Source: Auanema rhodensis
Taxonomy: Eukaryota > Animalia > Nematoda
DNA: 43,566 bases
Assembly: GCA_964057225.1 (NCBI GenBank)
Contig: CAXKVF010000083.1
Coordinates: 1-43,566 of the forward strand
Direction of reading: 5' to 3'
Every line of letters starts with the position of its first letter. Position 1 is the stretch's first letter. The notes under the pieces are model-generated. The model did no database searches. It saw nothing but the letters and a program-made list of their open reading frames with translations, and was not told the DNA's origin. Positions 41,701 through 43,566 of the stretch are shown here, piece by piece. Made by a program: the position numbers and the translations under genes.

Positions 41701-43566
41701 CGTAAATTTCAAAGTCATGGTTACCATGAACCAATATCAATAAAAATTTGTTTTTAGACTAATATGGACATGGGGAATCTAATTTTGAAAACCGCATCTC
41801 TTTATCTTTCACGTGAAGCGAGTTACATACCAAGTGCACATCACGTGTACATTTAATTAGCATAAATTAAAGTTCACGTAAATTTCAAAGTCATGGTTAC
41901 CATGAAGCAATATCAATAAAAATTTGTTTTTAGACTAATATGGACATGGGGAATCTAATTTTGAAAACCGCATCTCTTTATCTTTCACGTGAAGCGAGTT
42001 ACATACCAAGTGCACATCACGTGTACATTTAATTAGCATAAATTAAAGTTCACGTAAATTTCAAAGTCATGGTTACCATGAAGCAATATCAATAAAAATT
42101 TGTTTTTAGACTAATATGGACATGGGGAATCTAATTTTGAAAACCGCATCTCTTTATCTTTCACGTGAAGCGAGTTACATACCAAGTGCACATCACGTGT
42201 ACATTTAATTAGCATAAATTAAAGTTCACGTAAATTTCAAAGTCATGGTTACCATGCACCAATATCAATAAAAATTTGTTTTTAGACTAATATGGACATG
42301 GGGAATCTAATTTTGAAAACCGCATCTCTTTATCTCTCACGTGAAGCGAGTTACATACCAAGTGCACATCACGTGTACATTTAATTAGCATAAATTAAAG
42401 TTCACGTAAATTTCAAAGTCATGGTTACCATGAACCAATATCAATAAAAATTTGTTTTTAGACTAATATGGACATGGGGAATCTAATTTTGAAAACCGCA
42501 TCTCTTTATCTTTCACGTGAAGCGAGTTACATACCAAGTGCACATCACGTGTACATTTAATTAGCATAAATTAAAGTTCACGTAAATTTCAAAGTCATGG
42601 TTACCATGAACCAATATCAATAAAAATTTGTTTTTAGACTAATATGGACATGGGGAATCTAATTTTGAAAACCGCATCTCTTTATCTTTCACGTGAAGCG
42701 AGTTACATACCAAGTGCACATCACGTGTACATTTAATTAGCATAAATTAAAGTTCACGTAAATTTCAAAGTCATGGTTACCATGAAGCAATATCAATAAA
42801 AATTTGTTTTTAGACTAATATGGACATGGGGAATCTAATTTTGAAAACCGCATCTCTTTATCTTTCACGTGAAGCGAGTTACATACCAAGTGCACATCAC
42901 GTGTACATTTAATTAGCATAAATTAAAGTTCACGTAAATTTCAAAGTCATGGTTACCATGAACCAATATCAATAAAAATTTGTTTTTAGACTAATATGGA
43001 CATGGGGAATCTAATTTTGAAAACCGCATCTCTTTATCTTTCACGTGAAGCGAGTTACATACCAAGTGCACATCACGTGTACATTTAATTAGCATAAATT
43101 AAAGTTCACGTAAAATTCAAAGTCATGGTTACCATGCACCAATATCAATAAAAATTTGTTTTTAGACTAATATGGACATGGGGAATCTAATTTTGAAAAC
43201 CGCATCTCTTTATCTTTCACGTGAAGCGAGTTACATACCAAGTGCACATCACGTGTACATTTAATTAGCATAAATTAAAGTTCACGTAAATTTCAAAGTC
43301 ATGGTTACCATGAAGCAATATCAATAAAAATTTGTTTTTAGACTAATATGGACATGGGGAATCTAATTTTGAAAACCGCATCTCTTTATCTTTCACGTGA
43401 AGCGAGTTACATACCAAGTGCACATCACGTGTACATTTAATTAGCATAAATTAAAGTTCACGTAAATTTCAAAGTCATGGTTACCATGAACCAATATCAA
43501 TAAAAATTTGTTTTTAGACTAATATGGACATGGGGAATCTAATTTTGAAAACCGCATCTCTTTATC
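32735..43566. repeat. Second, partial copy of the super-repeat; duplicates 1-10832
   Basis: Same order of diagnostic variants: ACAGGGG (M7, M21), TTCG+CATGTG (M4, 11, 16, 25), GAAACT (M25), TGAACA (M26), and the GAAT/TATAT, GCATT, TCTTTT, GAGAA blocks. The window end TTTATC corresponds to position 10832. Confidence 0.93.

Larger units (their letters stand above)
1..43566. repeat. 176-bp tandem satellite DNA array (~247.5 monomers), candidate centromeric/pericentromeric satellite; runs off both window ends
   Basis: Consensus AAAGTCATGGTTACCATGAACCAATATCAATAAAAATTTGTTTTTAGACTAATATGGACATGGGGAATCTAATTTTGAAAACCGCATCTCTTTATCTTTCACGTGAAGCGAGTTACATACCAAGTGCACATCACGTGTACATTTAATTAGCATAAATTAAAGTTCACGTAAATTTC recurs at 1, 177, 353, ... 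The phase shifts by 1 bp after ~19929 and again after ~22911. No non-repeat sequence or inversion was seen. The satellite call is direct; the centromeric role is inferred from unit length and homogeneity. Confidence 0.99.

Noticed and set aside
1-43566. CRISPR array or other repeat-spacer system
   Set aside because: There are no unique spacers, the entire 176 bp is repeated, and no cas genes are present.

Overview
The whole 43,566-bp window is one uninterrupted head-to-tail tandem array of an AT-rich (~32% GC by hand count) 176-bp satellite monomer, about 247.5 copies, all in the same orientation. Copies differ from the consensus by only 0 to ~6 substitutions, and I found just two 1-bp deletions (~19929 and ~22911). 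There are no genes, RNA genes, transposons or CRISPR spacers. The six 60-aa ORFs are by-products of one SNP that removes a minus-strand stop codon. The informative signal is the order of monomer variants. It shows nested local higher-order repeats (2-, 3-, 4-, 5-, 6-, 9- and 12-mers) inside a very large 186-monomer (32,734-bp) super-repeat, with 1-10832 recurring apparently identically at 32735-43566. The monomer is rich in short dyads and carries three TCACGT cores spaced 32-33 bp apart. Length, homogeneity and organisation fit a eukaryotic (peri)centromeric satellite, but that function and the species are inferences. Monomer numbers (M1 starts at base 1) and variant calls were read by eye.
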